Positions 1 through 10,901 of a DNA stretch of 64,000 nucleotides are shown in pieces; position 1 is the stretch's first letter; every line of letters starts with the position of its first letter. The translations under genes were made by a program, and so were the position numbers. The stretch is from Mobula birostris (Eukaryota): positions 26,777,821 through 26,841,820 of the forward strand of contig NC_092379.1 in the NCBI RefSeq assembly GCF_030028105.1, in the 5' to 3' direction. The notes beneath the pieces are model-generated. The model searched no databases and was not told the origin of the DNA. It worked only from the letters and a program-made list of their open reading frames with translations.

Positions 1-299
1 TCGGATGAAATGCGAAGCCTCTGGATAAGTTTGGACTGTGTCCTTGCTATCGCGAAGGTGACGCTTGTGCTCGGGAGCGGGTGCACTTTATGTTTGGCCA
101 GTGGAGGAAGGAGCGAATTTAGTTCACTGCCGCCTACGTGCCGGAGAGTGGGGCTGGGTGGGGGGGGGGGGGGAGGTTCACAGGTTTAACAGTCGTTCAT
201 TATTTAAGGCACTACTCTGTTTCCGTGGGTGTTTGCGAAGCAAAAGCATTTCAGAATATATATTGTAGACATTTCTGTGATATTAAAATGGACCTTTAA

Positions 300-593
300 A
301 ACTTTGAACCGTTGTTTTCTTCTTGAAATTTCAGCCCTGTCCCGCGTAACTGCGTGTACCAAAGAACAGTAACACTGTCTTAAGCTGCGGAAAAGGTTCA
401 GGTGATGGTTACCGTTGGCCCTTCCTGTGTCGACAGTTCAGGCGGTTTCTGGGATACTATTTTCTCGCCACAAGCTCCTGCAAGAAATCACAGCACAGTA
501 GAATTCAAAGCCGACGTCTGCACACCAGAATTTTTAAAGTGTAGACCTACCTGGAAGAACGAAAATTACGAACATTGTCGGATGTGCGATCTT
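300..593 (-). pseudogene. TCR V pseudogene (5' half), subgroup B
   Basis: Leader-like exon 593-551 (AAG in place of a likely ATG; in-frame ATG at 575), GT donor at 550, 73-nt intron, AG acceptor at 479-478. Exon from 477 reads ACGEKIVSQKPPELSTQEGPTVTIT*TFSAA*DSVTVLWYTQLRGTGLKF. The first Cys is replaced by TGA (400-398); Trp is at 361-359. V similarity is lost after about 300 and no RSS is seen. Confidence 0.8.
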
Positions 594-1831
594 ATCTTGA
601 AGGGAGATAACTTAACGTGTTCATGTCCATCTATGAGAGCACACAGATGAAATATGATTGTTTTATTTTGCAGATAAATAGAGTTCTCCTAGTTCAGGAT
701 TGGCCTGTCACAAAAAATATGACTGGTTTGGCACAAAGCATCTTCTCCCATGACATTTGATGCACGTCTTTCGGAGCTGCATTACAATTTTAAACGTACC
801 GCAAAATATCGGAACAAGTCAGCAAGTAGCTGGAGTGTTAGTACAGCTCATTGAAATGTCCACTTTAACTGTGGTGATTAACATGGGCAGTTGCTGCATG
901 ACGGATTTTCCCTCTCTCTAATTTGGCGAAAAGTACATATAATACGAGAGTGAAAATGTATTACTCTGTGCTTCTTATGTGGGAATCATTTACTTGTCCG
1001 TCGAAAGCTGCTGGAAAATAATCTTCCGAGTTAGCGGAGCACACGCGCTCTCTGACCGATGTATCAAGTTTACTGAGGGGTTAATGTTGTCGTTTGAGTA
1101 ACCTGAGTGTTTCTCAACTACGTATTCGGCAGCACAGTTGATACGGCAATTGTACTTGTGAATATGTACGTTTCAGCTAATTATTATTATTAAACGCGAT
1201 AATATTTAACTCTACAAATGTCGTCGTAGTCCTCGTAGAGACTTGGACAGAGCACAACAACGCTTCGCTACGTGTTTCTATTCGGCATTCCCTGAGAAAA
1301 TGGACGGTCAAATCAACTGACTCAGAAGACTAGCGGTATTCGTTTAATGTTGAGATGTTCCTTTCAGCCGCAGTGTAGACTTCGTTTTCCATTTTAGAAT
1401 TTTCGTTAACGGTTCTGTTTGGCGTTGCGTATGTTGCTTTATTTTCCATTTTACACTGATCGCATTGAAGTCTGTGAGCTATCGACCTGATTCAATTGCC
1501 TCTCACTCCACACTTGGGCCATATCTGAACCTGCTAACAGGGTGACCTCGACGTTTTGTCGAATCTTTCGCTGCTTCAGAATACATGATCGACGTGCGCA
1601 TTCGCAGTCAGTGTCTTCTGGTTCACTCTATTCCTGGGCCCCTTCTTTCATGATGGATACCTGCAATGATAATTAAAACAGACAACAACTAACTGTTAAA
1701 CACATTACATTCAGGAAAAAAAACAGAAAACATTCAGCTTGTCGGCATGTAATGTTTGATGCAAGAGTGTAAATTGAAGGTGTAAAAAATCATTAATATG
1801 TGAGAAAAGTGATGTAGGGATATTATGTGAA

Positions 1832-1832
<1 letters not shown>

Positions 1833-1862
<30 letters not shown>

Positions 1863-1890
1863 CCTCCCTCCCTCTCTCACTCTACTCTCT
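1833..1890. repeat. (CT)n microsatellite
   Basis: Direct reading. A similar CT tract lies at about 3555-3660. Confidence 0.9.
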
Positions 1891-2625
1891 CATCCTCTCA
1901 CTCGTCCATTTAACGCCAAACCTTTCTTTTTTTTTGTTCCCATCGTAAAGTTCATTTGTCGCATTGCAACGAAAATGTGTAGAATAAAAAAAAAAACAAA
2001 AAAAAAAAAAACAGAATTCCATGGACTGCAGTGGAATAAAATTCGGGTAAAATTCCCGGAAAGATGCGATTACACATTACAACGAGAGAGGTGTGATTGG
2101 TGGTGAAGCCAATTGCAGAGCAAAGTCTTCAATTATTTCAGACTCAGTCGATGTAAACATGAAATCATAACTAGAATGCTAGACCACAACCATTAGTACG
2201 ACTAATGTAAGTCTAATGATTGAGAATTCTCATTGTGAGGCCCTTAACCACAGATATTCCATGACGTACTGAGTCAGACAATAGCTGGCTTCTGAGACAT
2301 AAATGTACCCCAGTAAGTAACCGTACATTGGGGAAGATGAGCGCCAACAACTGGATGCATGCCGCTGTTCTCTAAGGTCAATGACTTAAATGAAACAATT
2401 CATGTTGGCTCAGTTTTGAATAACCGAGATGGATCAGTAGTTGATCGGGTTAAATTTAGCAGCAGATTTATGAATCCAATGACATTTCACATGACAGTGA
2501 ACACTGGGAGTTGTATAGCTTTGCTCATTTTATTTGCTTCTCCTGTGCACACTTACATCTTCCTTCATTCTTTTCAATCAGCAAAGTTTAACGCGATCGG
2601 GCGCCCCCTGGAGACTGTGTCTCTG

Positions 2626-3099
2626 TGTTTTTATCCAGTTCTGCAGCTGTTAGGAACCAATATTTGCGCCATGGAGAAAGATAGATGGCAGAATCGGAGA
2701 TGAGCGCCCCGGCGATTGTTAAAGTTACATGCCGAATACGTGTGTCGAAGAGTATAGAAAATCTGTCTGAAAAATCGGGAGATCATTCCTTGCAACCACT
2801 GCTCAGTTTCCTTATTTGAAATTTCGGCCCTGTCCCAGGGAACTGTGCGTAGCAATATGCAGTACCGCTCCCGTCAGCTGCGGAATAGTTGTAGTTGAGA
2901 GTTCGAGTCTTCTCTTCCTTAGCCAAAAGTTGAATCTGTGTCTGGGATACTGGATCCTCACCTCAAGTTCCTGGAAGGAAGCAGGACACAATTAGAAGTC
3001 TGAGTGTAAATGAAAGCCGAGGGGTGCACATCAGCTTTGTAATTTTAGACTCACCTCGAAGGAAGATGTCAATCTCCTACGTCATCTGCTGCACATCAT
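2626..3099 (-). pseudogene. TCR V pseudogene (full-length exon), subgroup B
   Basis: GTGAGT donor at 3054, 84-nt intron, acceptor at 2972-2971. Exon from 2970 reads GT*GEDPVSQTQIQLLAKEEKTRTLNYNYSAADGSGTAYCYAQFPGTGPKFQIRKLSSGCKE*SPDFSDRFSILFDTRIRHVTLTIAGALISDSAIYLSPWR. Two stops; Cys1, Trp and Cys2 are all mutated. Nonamer-like ATAAAAACA at 2634-2626; heptamer decayed. Homologous to the 300-593 pseudogene. Confidence 0.85.
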
Positions 3100-3568
3100 T
3101 CGGATGTCTTGAGTGCACAGAAGTCCCGTTTAAGTCGCCTTACTACTGTCTTCAAGGCATGAATTTTGACGCTAAGAAAGCGACCATTGCCGAAGAACAA
3201 TTCGTAATTTTATCTTCAGCGTTAGGGCAGCGTACGAGCAGTCATGGCGATGCATCTGTTTATGAAGATTCAGTGTCGTAGTTTATGTACCTTGGGGGAT
3301 TTGAAAGTTTGGTCCAGTCAATGATCGATATGCTTATTCGTAATCAGTGTAAACCATCTCACTCACAAATCCGTACACCTGCTTTCACATTAGAGATCTG
3401 TAATGAGCAATAAAGCGTGCAACGGTTGACACAATATAATCAGCAAACCTCAGAAAACACTCCGCATGCCGGTACGGAATGTTTGATGCCAGATGTAAAT
3501 TTGAGATGTTTATTGTATTTAACATTTGAGATAACCGTTGTCGAGGCGTTTTTTCTTCTCTCTCTCTC

Positions 3569-3624
<56 letters not shown>

Positions 3625-3789
3625 TCTCTTTCTCTCTCTCCCTCTTCTGTATCTCTCTTTATTTCAGTCACTAACACCATAAAAATTCCAACCAGGATCC
3701 ATACTTGTTTTTTTTTTTTTTTGTTTCTCTGTTTCTACGACGTTTGTCACAGCTGGAGACTGTCCACTTGTATTTACAGAGATAAATAT

Positions 3790-3965
3790 AAAAGCTACAG
3801 CACAATGCAAGCCGTTCGGCCCACAAGGCAGTAGCAAACGTGACCTACTCTACAAATTCGCCAGGTTTACCCATAGTCCTCTATATTTCTAAGCTCCGTG
3901 TACTAATCCAGCAGCCTCTTAAAGGACCCTATTATTTCCGCCTCAACCACCGCCGCCGGCAGGAA
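3790..3965 (-). mobile_element. CR1 LINE 3' fragment
   Basis: Resembles the reverse complement of a CR1 ORF2 end and 3' UTR, like the + strand CR1 end at 44787-44935. Confidence 0.5.
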
Positions 3966-4269
3966 CTCTGTGTACATCTCTCGTTTTAAAGTGCAACAGT
4001 TGTTGAATGACATTATACGAGATTCCTGTCCCATCTTTTTCTTTACAGGAAAACGTATTTCAATTCCACCGATTGCAATATACTCAGGGAAACAGATTCG
4101 GGATATAACGATTTTTGGATTGAATTGTCTGCATTTTTATGTCCTTCACATGCATGAGGAGTAAAATTATTTACGTTATGTCTCCGTTTAAATGTACAAA
4201 GTGCCATTACAGTCATTTATAATAATTTATAATAAATAGAAGAGTCAAAGTAACATGGAAATACATTCG

Positions 4270-4450
4270 TCAACTTGAGTTAATCAGTCTGATGGACTGC
4301 TGGAAGGAGCTGTCCCGGAGCCTATTCGTCCGGGATTTTATGCTGCGTTACCACTCTCTGGACGGTAGCAGCTGGAACAGATAGTTTTTGAGGTGACTAC
4401 GGTCCCCGATCATTCTTTGGACCCCTTATCACAGCGGTCTTTCCAATGCC
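4270..4450 (-). mobile_element. L2/Rex-like LINE C-terminal fragment
   Basis: Minus strand reads ...RSIKSRTNRLRDSSFQQSIRLIN, resembling a LINE ORF2 C-terminus. Confidence 0.45.
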
Positions 4451-4539
4451 CGAATCTCGTTTAAATTCAGCACCGGGCCAATTCTGCTACGTAAGTCCCC
4501 ACAAGCACTGGATGCACAGACAATGCCCCCAGACAGCTC

Positions 4540-5830
4540 TCATCCACATCCTCCAGTCAGAATAGAAACACTGCCCGTCTCAACAGTGTCCGTAAACATC
4601 AACATTAACGATTCACGACCCTCTGACACCCACCCATTAGCCTCCAAGAACTCCAGTTTCACTGAACAATTATCTTCTGGATAATCACCGGCACTGGTAC
4701 CCCAAATCTCCAGTGTCCTTAATATTGTCAAGGGTATATGCTTCAGAAACCGATTGTAAAACGATCTGTACAACAACTTGACCTGCGCCACGGTGCCGAA
4801 TATGGCTTTAGCATCTATCCGTAACGTCACCCGAGGGCGTGGTCCTCCTAAGCCTTCAGGAATAGCCTTTTTTTTTTTCTTTCGAGATTTCTTTGGTACA
4901 TTGCTAGGAACGTGCAGAGACCACAGGCCGTTCCCACACTGGGCCTTCACTAAGTTTCCCGACTCCATCTGATCAGCTAAAAAAAAAAAACTGAGGAAAG
5001 GGCTGATCCCCTTAACTGATCCTCCGGCACTGCAATCAATTTATCTGCCCCCAGCCCCCAGACAGAGAAGGCACCCTGAAAACTTTCCGCCAATCTACTG
5101 ACACAGGTATGGAAAGCCCGCAAGGTGCTGCATTTTACTTTCAGTGGAACCAAACGCATTTCCCCCCACTTTCAGATAACTGACAACTGTCACTACGGCG
5201 TAACTGGATCTGGCAGTTCTGACATCGTCAACCGCCGGCCTATCCTAACTTCCAACCAATCTCTGCCGTTTCCCTCAGCCAAGCATTTCCTCTCATTTGA
5301 CAACTGAGAGGTTCGTTCCACCCACGCCCCCGCACCTTTAAGGGTGGACATTATCCCAAAAAACAGGCGGAAGTTGACATAGCTGGAACATTTATTCGCA
5401 GACATTACCTCCGAAAGGGACCGTTCCCACTCTTTGCTCTCTCTCATAACGGTATGGACAGCCCATGGCCCCGCCTCACCTGGGGCTTCAATAGACACTG
5501 GCAGTTCCACCACTATCTCGTGAGCGCTAGTCTGAACTCGGAAAAAGACCTCTGGGGCACCAACAGCCACCCCACGGAAAACGCATGCAGTAATAACCAA
5601 CAATCCCACAGAGGTACACGATCTTTCCGCCCCCTCAGCATGCATAATTTAAACAGGGCGATCACACAGCAACGAACTATAACCAATCCCGGAGAAGCCC
5701 CCACAATTTAGCCTTCTGATCAGACTCATGCTCGCTCAGCTCGCTTTTGTCTAGGGGGAGCAGCCTTCTTTCTGTGTAATCAAAGTTGTGTGAATACCGT
5801 GAGATATACCCCACACAGACAATAAACAGA
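4540..5830 (-). mobile_element. Decayed gypsy-type element 5' part (PNMA-like gag and protease region) with tRNA-Pro PBS
   Basis: PBS TGGGGGCTTCTCCGGGAT at 5703-5686 matches the tRNA-Pro PBS TGGGGGCTCGTCCGGGAT at 16/18. It is followed by ORF fragments 5645-5193 and 4968-4540 resembling PNMA-type gag and a protease-adjacent region. Family assignment is from recall. Confidence 0.5.
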
Positions 5831-7356
5831 CTGCACACAATGTACGATTTACAGATTACACTTTATCGGTCTTACTGGAACTATGTAATTCACAGAGATA
5901 CAATATTAAAGGAACGTAAAAGGCGCCGAAATGATCTGAATTCAACCACTTCGTGCACAATCGTTGGAGCTCAATTAACGGGGTCATCTTTCCTATAGTC
6001 GATCCTCTCCATCCTCCTCGACCAGCAGGCTGGGACCAACCACGGTGGTCGACCAGAGCGCGTCCAGCATGTCGCTCCTCTTCGGTTCTCATCCAGACAA
6101 TCCCTGGGCCTCCGACTCCCTCTTCAGTCTGATCCTCGCCCAGTTTACAGCATTTCTCTTATCGCGTCTTGTCTCTCTGTGCCCATCACGCCTTCAGCCC
6201 AAAGCACATGAAAACAATAGCTTACTGACACACAAGAAAGAATAGCTTCTATCCCAATCGGTTTGCAAATGAATACAATTCCCGTTATCAGTAATTATAA
6301 CCTAACAAGCTGCTTCCGTTAACTCAGCAGTTAACATTAAAGCAGTTCCTTCTGACTTTAATGTTTAGCCATTTTATTAAAACATAAAAAAGCCATTTTA
6401 TTTTCCTGAGCACTAACATAAAAGACGAATCTCCTTACATATGCAAACATCATCAAAACTTGATTTTTTTTTAATATGGTGATAGAGTTTCTCATGAACA
6501 TCACTATCTACAATTTGTGGGTCTGCCTATACATCGAATATTATTCCTTTATCCTAATGCTTTAAATTTCTCACCCAGCTGTCTTGGTGTATCTTGTATC
6601 CTGAATAGCCCTGCATTTATGTTATTTATTATGTATTTGGCTGCTCATCCACTTACGATCTTGCCTTTTTTTCCCAAGTGAATCGTACCGTTCAATACTA
6701 TGCTCATCACAATCTCAGAATCCAGCCTTGTTCAGTTATTGCTATTGCGTCATGCTTCTACACACTTCCATTTAATTCCAGCTCATTTATTTTATTCTTC
6801 GTACTTCTTTCATTTAAACAAGGCTTTCTTCGTTTATGATCGATGTTTTCCTGCCTTTTATAACCGATTCTATAATCGGTTTCTATACCTTACGCCGGTG
6901 CGAAACATAAAGGAGATAATTTATGTTCTATGACCTCAGCGAAATTACGAACGACTGCACAGGATCATATACCGCTACACGCAGTTACTTCTGATTTTAA
7001 TGTTCAGCATTTCAACGATCACATACATTCTAATAATTAGCAGAGTCTGCAGGAGACTGCTGTCACAGAAAATATAAAGCCAGCCACCTGAGCTACAGCT
7101 GCAAAGTGGGGAAAAGAAACACTATTATTTTTCATCATCACAAAATCACGTCTCATGCTCTGGTCAACAGATGACTTACTTTATTTCTTAAGGTATCTAA
7201 TCGCTTTTATTAGATATATCGATACTTCTAACTAAAATGACTGAAATATTATCGGCAAAGCAAATGGATGCAAGAGGTAACTTACATCACATTTCCTGTC
7301 ATTTACGTCAACAAATGTGGATGTTAATGCAGGCGTACGATAAATTCAACACCATT

Positions 7357-8760
7357 TATCATAACGGGGCGATGGTAGCGGACTCACATGCAAGATACAG
7401 ACACTGAAGTACTAGGAACTGGACTATGTTGATAAATAATGCTAGGGAAGCCAAGGAGAGAGGATAAGAGGATAACACGAAGGTAGACGAAAAGTGAAAA
7501 CCTGGACTTGGACTTGGGACTTGAACTTGTCAGGGAACTCAGATCGTGGCTGGGAACTCGGGTCTTGGCATGGACTCGGTACCTGGGTCTAGACTTGGCT
7601 TTAGACTAGAACTAGGACTTGGCTTGGACTGAAATCTGACTTGGCACGGATATGGCTCGGACTTGAGTGGATCTTGACCCGGAATTGGCTTGGACTTGAC
7701 TCGAACTAGACTCGGATTTCGAACTTCGATGCCGACTTGGATTTGAAATTTGGATCTCGACTTGGACTTGGAACTTGACTCTTGACTTGGACTAGGCTCA
7801 GACTTGACTTAGACACAGGACACAGAATACTGAGCCGGGGTTCCTCCATGGGCATATCAAATACAGCCGGGATTCTTATTAGACACAGGACACAGAACGC
7901 TGAGGCTGGGCTCCACCTTGGACACAGGACATAAAGCCTAGATTCTTCTTAGACACAGGACATGGCATACTGAGCCGGGACTCCTCCTTGGACACAGGAC
8001 ATAGAGCCGGGACTCTTCTTAGACACAGGCAGGAAACAATGAGAACGTTCCATGCACATGGTAGCGTCAAACGACCGTACCTACCCAGTGGAGGAGAGAA
8101 TACGGAGAGTCAAAACCATACACCAATAGTCTGTTCTTTATTTTTGACAGGGAAATACTTCAAGTAGCGGCAAGCCCTCGACGCGGCCCAGGTACTATAG
8201 ACAGTGGCTCTAGTCTCACTCCGGCAGGTTAACTTGATGCGGATTCTGACAAGATTACTGACGGGATTAGTGACGAGGTACTGACGAGGTCACTGACGAA
8301 GTTACTGATTATGTTACTTCCAAGGTTACTGATGATGCTACTGACGAGGCCACCGATGAGGCTACTGATGAGGACGGTCCAGCAAGGTATCACTGGACCC
8401 TAGAGCTATTTAGTAGCCACCCCGAAAAGAAAATCAGGTGCCTTAATTAAGGCAGCCAACGGAACAAGGGATAAACTGAATAACCAGAGGACAGAATCCC
8501 GGACCCTACCGTGAACCCGAATGCGGAATTCACGGGCCAGGCCGTGATAGTACTCCCTCCTCTATGGGTACCTCCTGGCAATCCAACAGGTTTGTCTGGA
8601 TTATAGTTGACCCGGGAGGGTGCGGGGGGTGGGTTTCAACAAGAGGGGACCCTGGATGGCGAGAGTTTAACGACAGTGTCCGTGTCGCTGGATCCATGTC
8701 TGACTGGGCCGTTCTGTTCCAAGGGGGCGATGGAAGTGCCTTTGCTACAACCACGAAAAA
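7357..8760 (-). mobile_element. Miniature non-autonomous LTR element, copy A (5' LTR remnant, 165-bp internal region, about 1.19-kb 3' LTR)
   Basis: 5' LTR end remnant at about 8760-8715. Internal region 8714-8550 has the PBS GAACGGCCCAGT, the gag start MDPA, a chromodomain-end remnant and a PPT (AGAGGAGGGAGTAC). 3' LTR 8549-7357 (TATCACGG...TGATA). Homologous to 46557-48947. Confidence 0.8.
7500..8375. repeat. Tandem repeat arrays inside the LTR of copy A
   Basis: Degenerate GACTTG-type repeats at 7500-7810; alternating ~40-bp and ~30-bp units starting GACACAGGAC at 7810-8040; ~12-bp ACTGA(C/T)GAGG units at 8260-8375. Confidence 0.85.
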
Positions 8761-8894
8761 GTAGCTTTGTCGATTCTTCCCAATGATCTCAATTTCACAG
8801 CTTACCATTGACATTGTGTGAGTTATTTGATTAGCTCTGTCCAGAGCAGTTCAAATTTCTAAGCAGAAAGAACACATTTCTACCCATATAGGCA

Positions 8895-9880
8895 ACCAAG
8901 TTTCATTTTCTTGCGGCCAATCAAAGTAAGTACAGAAATAATAATAAAAAAAAAACAAACAAACTATGACAGACAGCAACTAAAAGGCCGGGCAACAAGC
9001 AATTTGCAAAATAAAAAGAAAAGTTACAAATTGGCAGGGGTACTCTTACTGAGTGATGTGCATGAACTTTCCTGTGGTAATGCAGCCTTGGCACATTGAT
9101 GTTATCTATTCCAAAATCCCGTCATTCCTCTAATATCTTTACATTTGCTGTTACTGACAGTGCGGTAGTTAGACTTTGTCTCTGCCATAATTTGACAAAA
9201 CTTATTGTAAATCGCAAATGGAGTTCAGTCGAGTGAGGTGAATAACATTAAAGGACGTTGTGTTACATAACATCATCCGCATGGATACGGTAGACTGCAA
9301 GGCATGCATCGTCATATTAGACGTGGATAAAAAATAAACAAATAACAGAAGATATATTGGTCTTATGATAAATGCGAAGATATTCCAATGGAAGTTGAAG
9401 GTACCTCCTCTACCTTGTGAGTGGAAAGTTCAAGAAAGGAACTGTTTGTGAAATTGGTTGCAGATAGTTTGCTAACTGTATTCCAGAAATCCACAGATGT
9501 AGAAACATGCACGACAGTCCGAAGGTTATCCACCAAGTGCCGGGAGATAAGCTTGATAGGATTTAATCCAACTAGTCAGTGAGGTCGAAAGAGCTCAAAA
9601 AACGAGATTAGGTGCAAAACCAGATGGATCTATAATTTATGATTCATGTAAACTTAATTTAGAATGCAATATTTCTTTGTCTTCACAGACGTGTCCATAA
9701 TTTCATCAGCAATTGCTGACTAAAAGGAACATTACCACTCTTCTATCCTTATCAGTTTCTGAAACACAAAGATAACAGACGCAAAAAATTAAAACGCACA
9801 GTTCGTGTTGCAGAGAACTCGGTGTATTTGCATTCTGAACAAATTTATTCCACAGAGTATTAACAATGATCACATTAATA
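8895..9880 (-). mobile_element. Ancient hAT-like transposase remnant (copy 1)
   Basis: Clear inverted homology to 49600-50545. Translation fragments IADEIMDTSV and KVEEVPS..SH resemble the hAT DE..D.S and HC..H regions. Heavily decayed, so the family call is tentative. Confidence 0.4.
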
Positions 9881-10901
9881 TTATTTAGAATTTTAAAAAT
9901 AATATTTATTTGTCAAATTTAACAAGTTAAATCGAAAAAAATGTATATTTTTTATAATACTGTATAACAACAGCTGCGTAAATAATTTTTATCGAACCGC
10001 GTGTTTAACTGCGTCTATCCTTTCTTTATCAGGAAATTCCTGTCATTATAATTTAAGAAATAATATTGTCAAATTTTCCGAATCTGAATGGAGCATTTTT
10101 TTTTTACATCAAACAAACACCATACATAGCTTAAACAGAAGTAAAAGACGTTAAGCAGTTATAACAACTGACAGGCACAATGGAAAAACGTTAAATACTT
10201 TGACGAAACAGCCTCGAGGTTCAGCAGTTTAATAATGATTGACCTTCATTATGTGTTCATTGCAAAAGCCTGTTTGTGTTGTTTTCTGAAACAGTAACAA
10301 TTCAAATAAGTTGAACCTCTAATATCTTTAAGAATAAACGTAGGAGTGCGAATTCTATTTACAATATCGATGCATTATATTCAGTACAGTGTGTTTCTCA
10401 ATCGTATTAACATATATTTCGGAATTATATTCAAAAAGATGATATAAAATATCAGATGCACGGCCAAAAAGTTATGTGTGCGGGCAATTAGGTATTGAGA
10501 AGCCGCTCACTCGCGTAGTTTACAGCGATCAGTGCTTTGCAAAGAACAGTGGAGGGCAGCACCAAATAATATACTGATAGATTATGCAGAGGCGCACCCT
10601 GGAGTGTCTTTCAATCCTAGTAAACAATGGAACTGATGGTCCGGCTCTCAGGATATTGGAAAGATAGCAAACACTGGGTTGCATCTGGCACCACTAAAGG
10701 AGATACACTTCACCTTCTTGTCGAAGTTTTCAATGATTAGTATCACGATAATGCTCAGAGCGCAAGCTGAGTGATGCTCAGCTGCAGACCCGAGCCAATA
10801 AAATCAGGAACATGCCTAATGCAGATTGCTGAAAAGAGACCTGGAAATTCATAATCATTTCTTATCTGAATAACTCGATCCTATATGTTCAATGACTGGA
10901 A

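Noticed and set aside
960-1680. Possible third minus-strand V between the two pseudogenes (acceptor-like site at about 1660, weak flank similarity to 2470-2520)
   Set aside because: No Cys, Trp or YYC pattern in any frame.
7810-8040. CRISPR-like appearance of the GACACAGGAC repeats
   Set aside because: Eukaryotic context, spacers are themselves repeated, and the array lies inside an LTR.
10480-10780. Possible highly decayed + strand V (TGC at 10533, TGA-TAG 14 codons later where WY would be, then TLECL)
   Set aside because: No FR1 match, no D-x-x-x-Y-x-C, no splice acceptor and no RSS; not distinguishable from chance.
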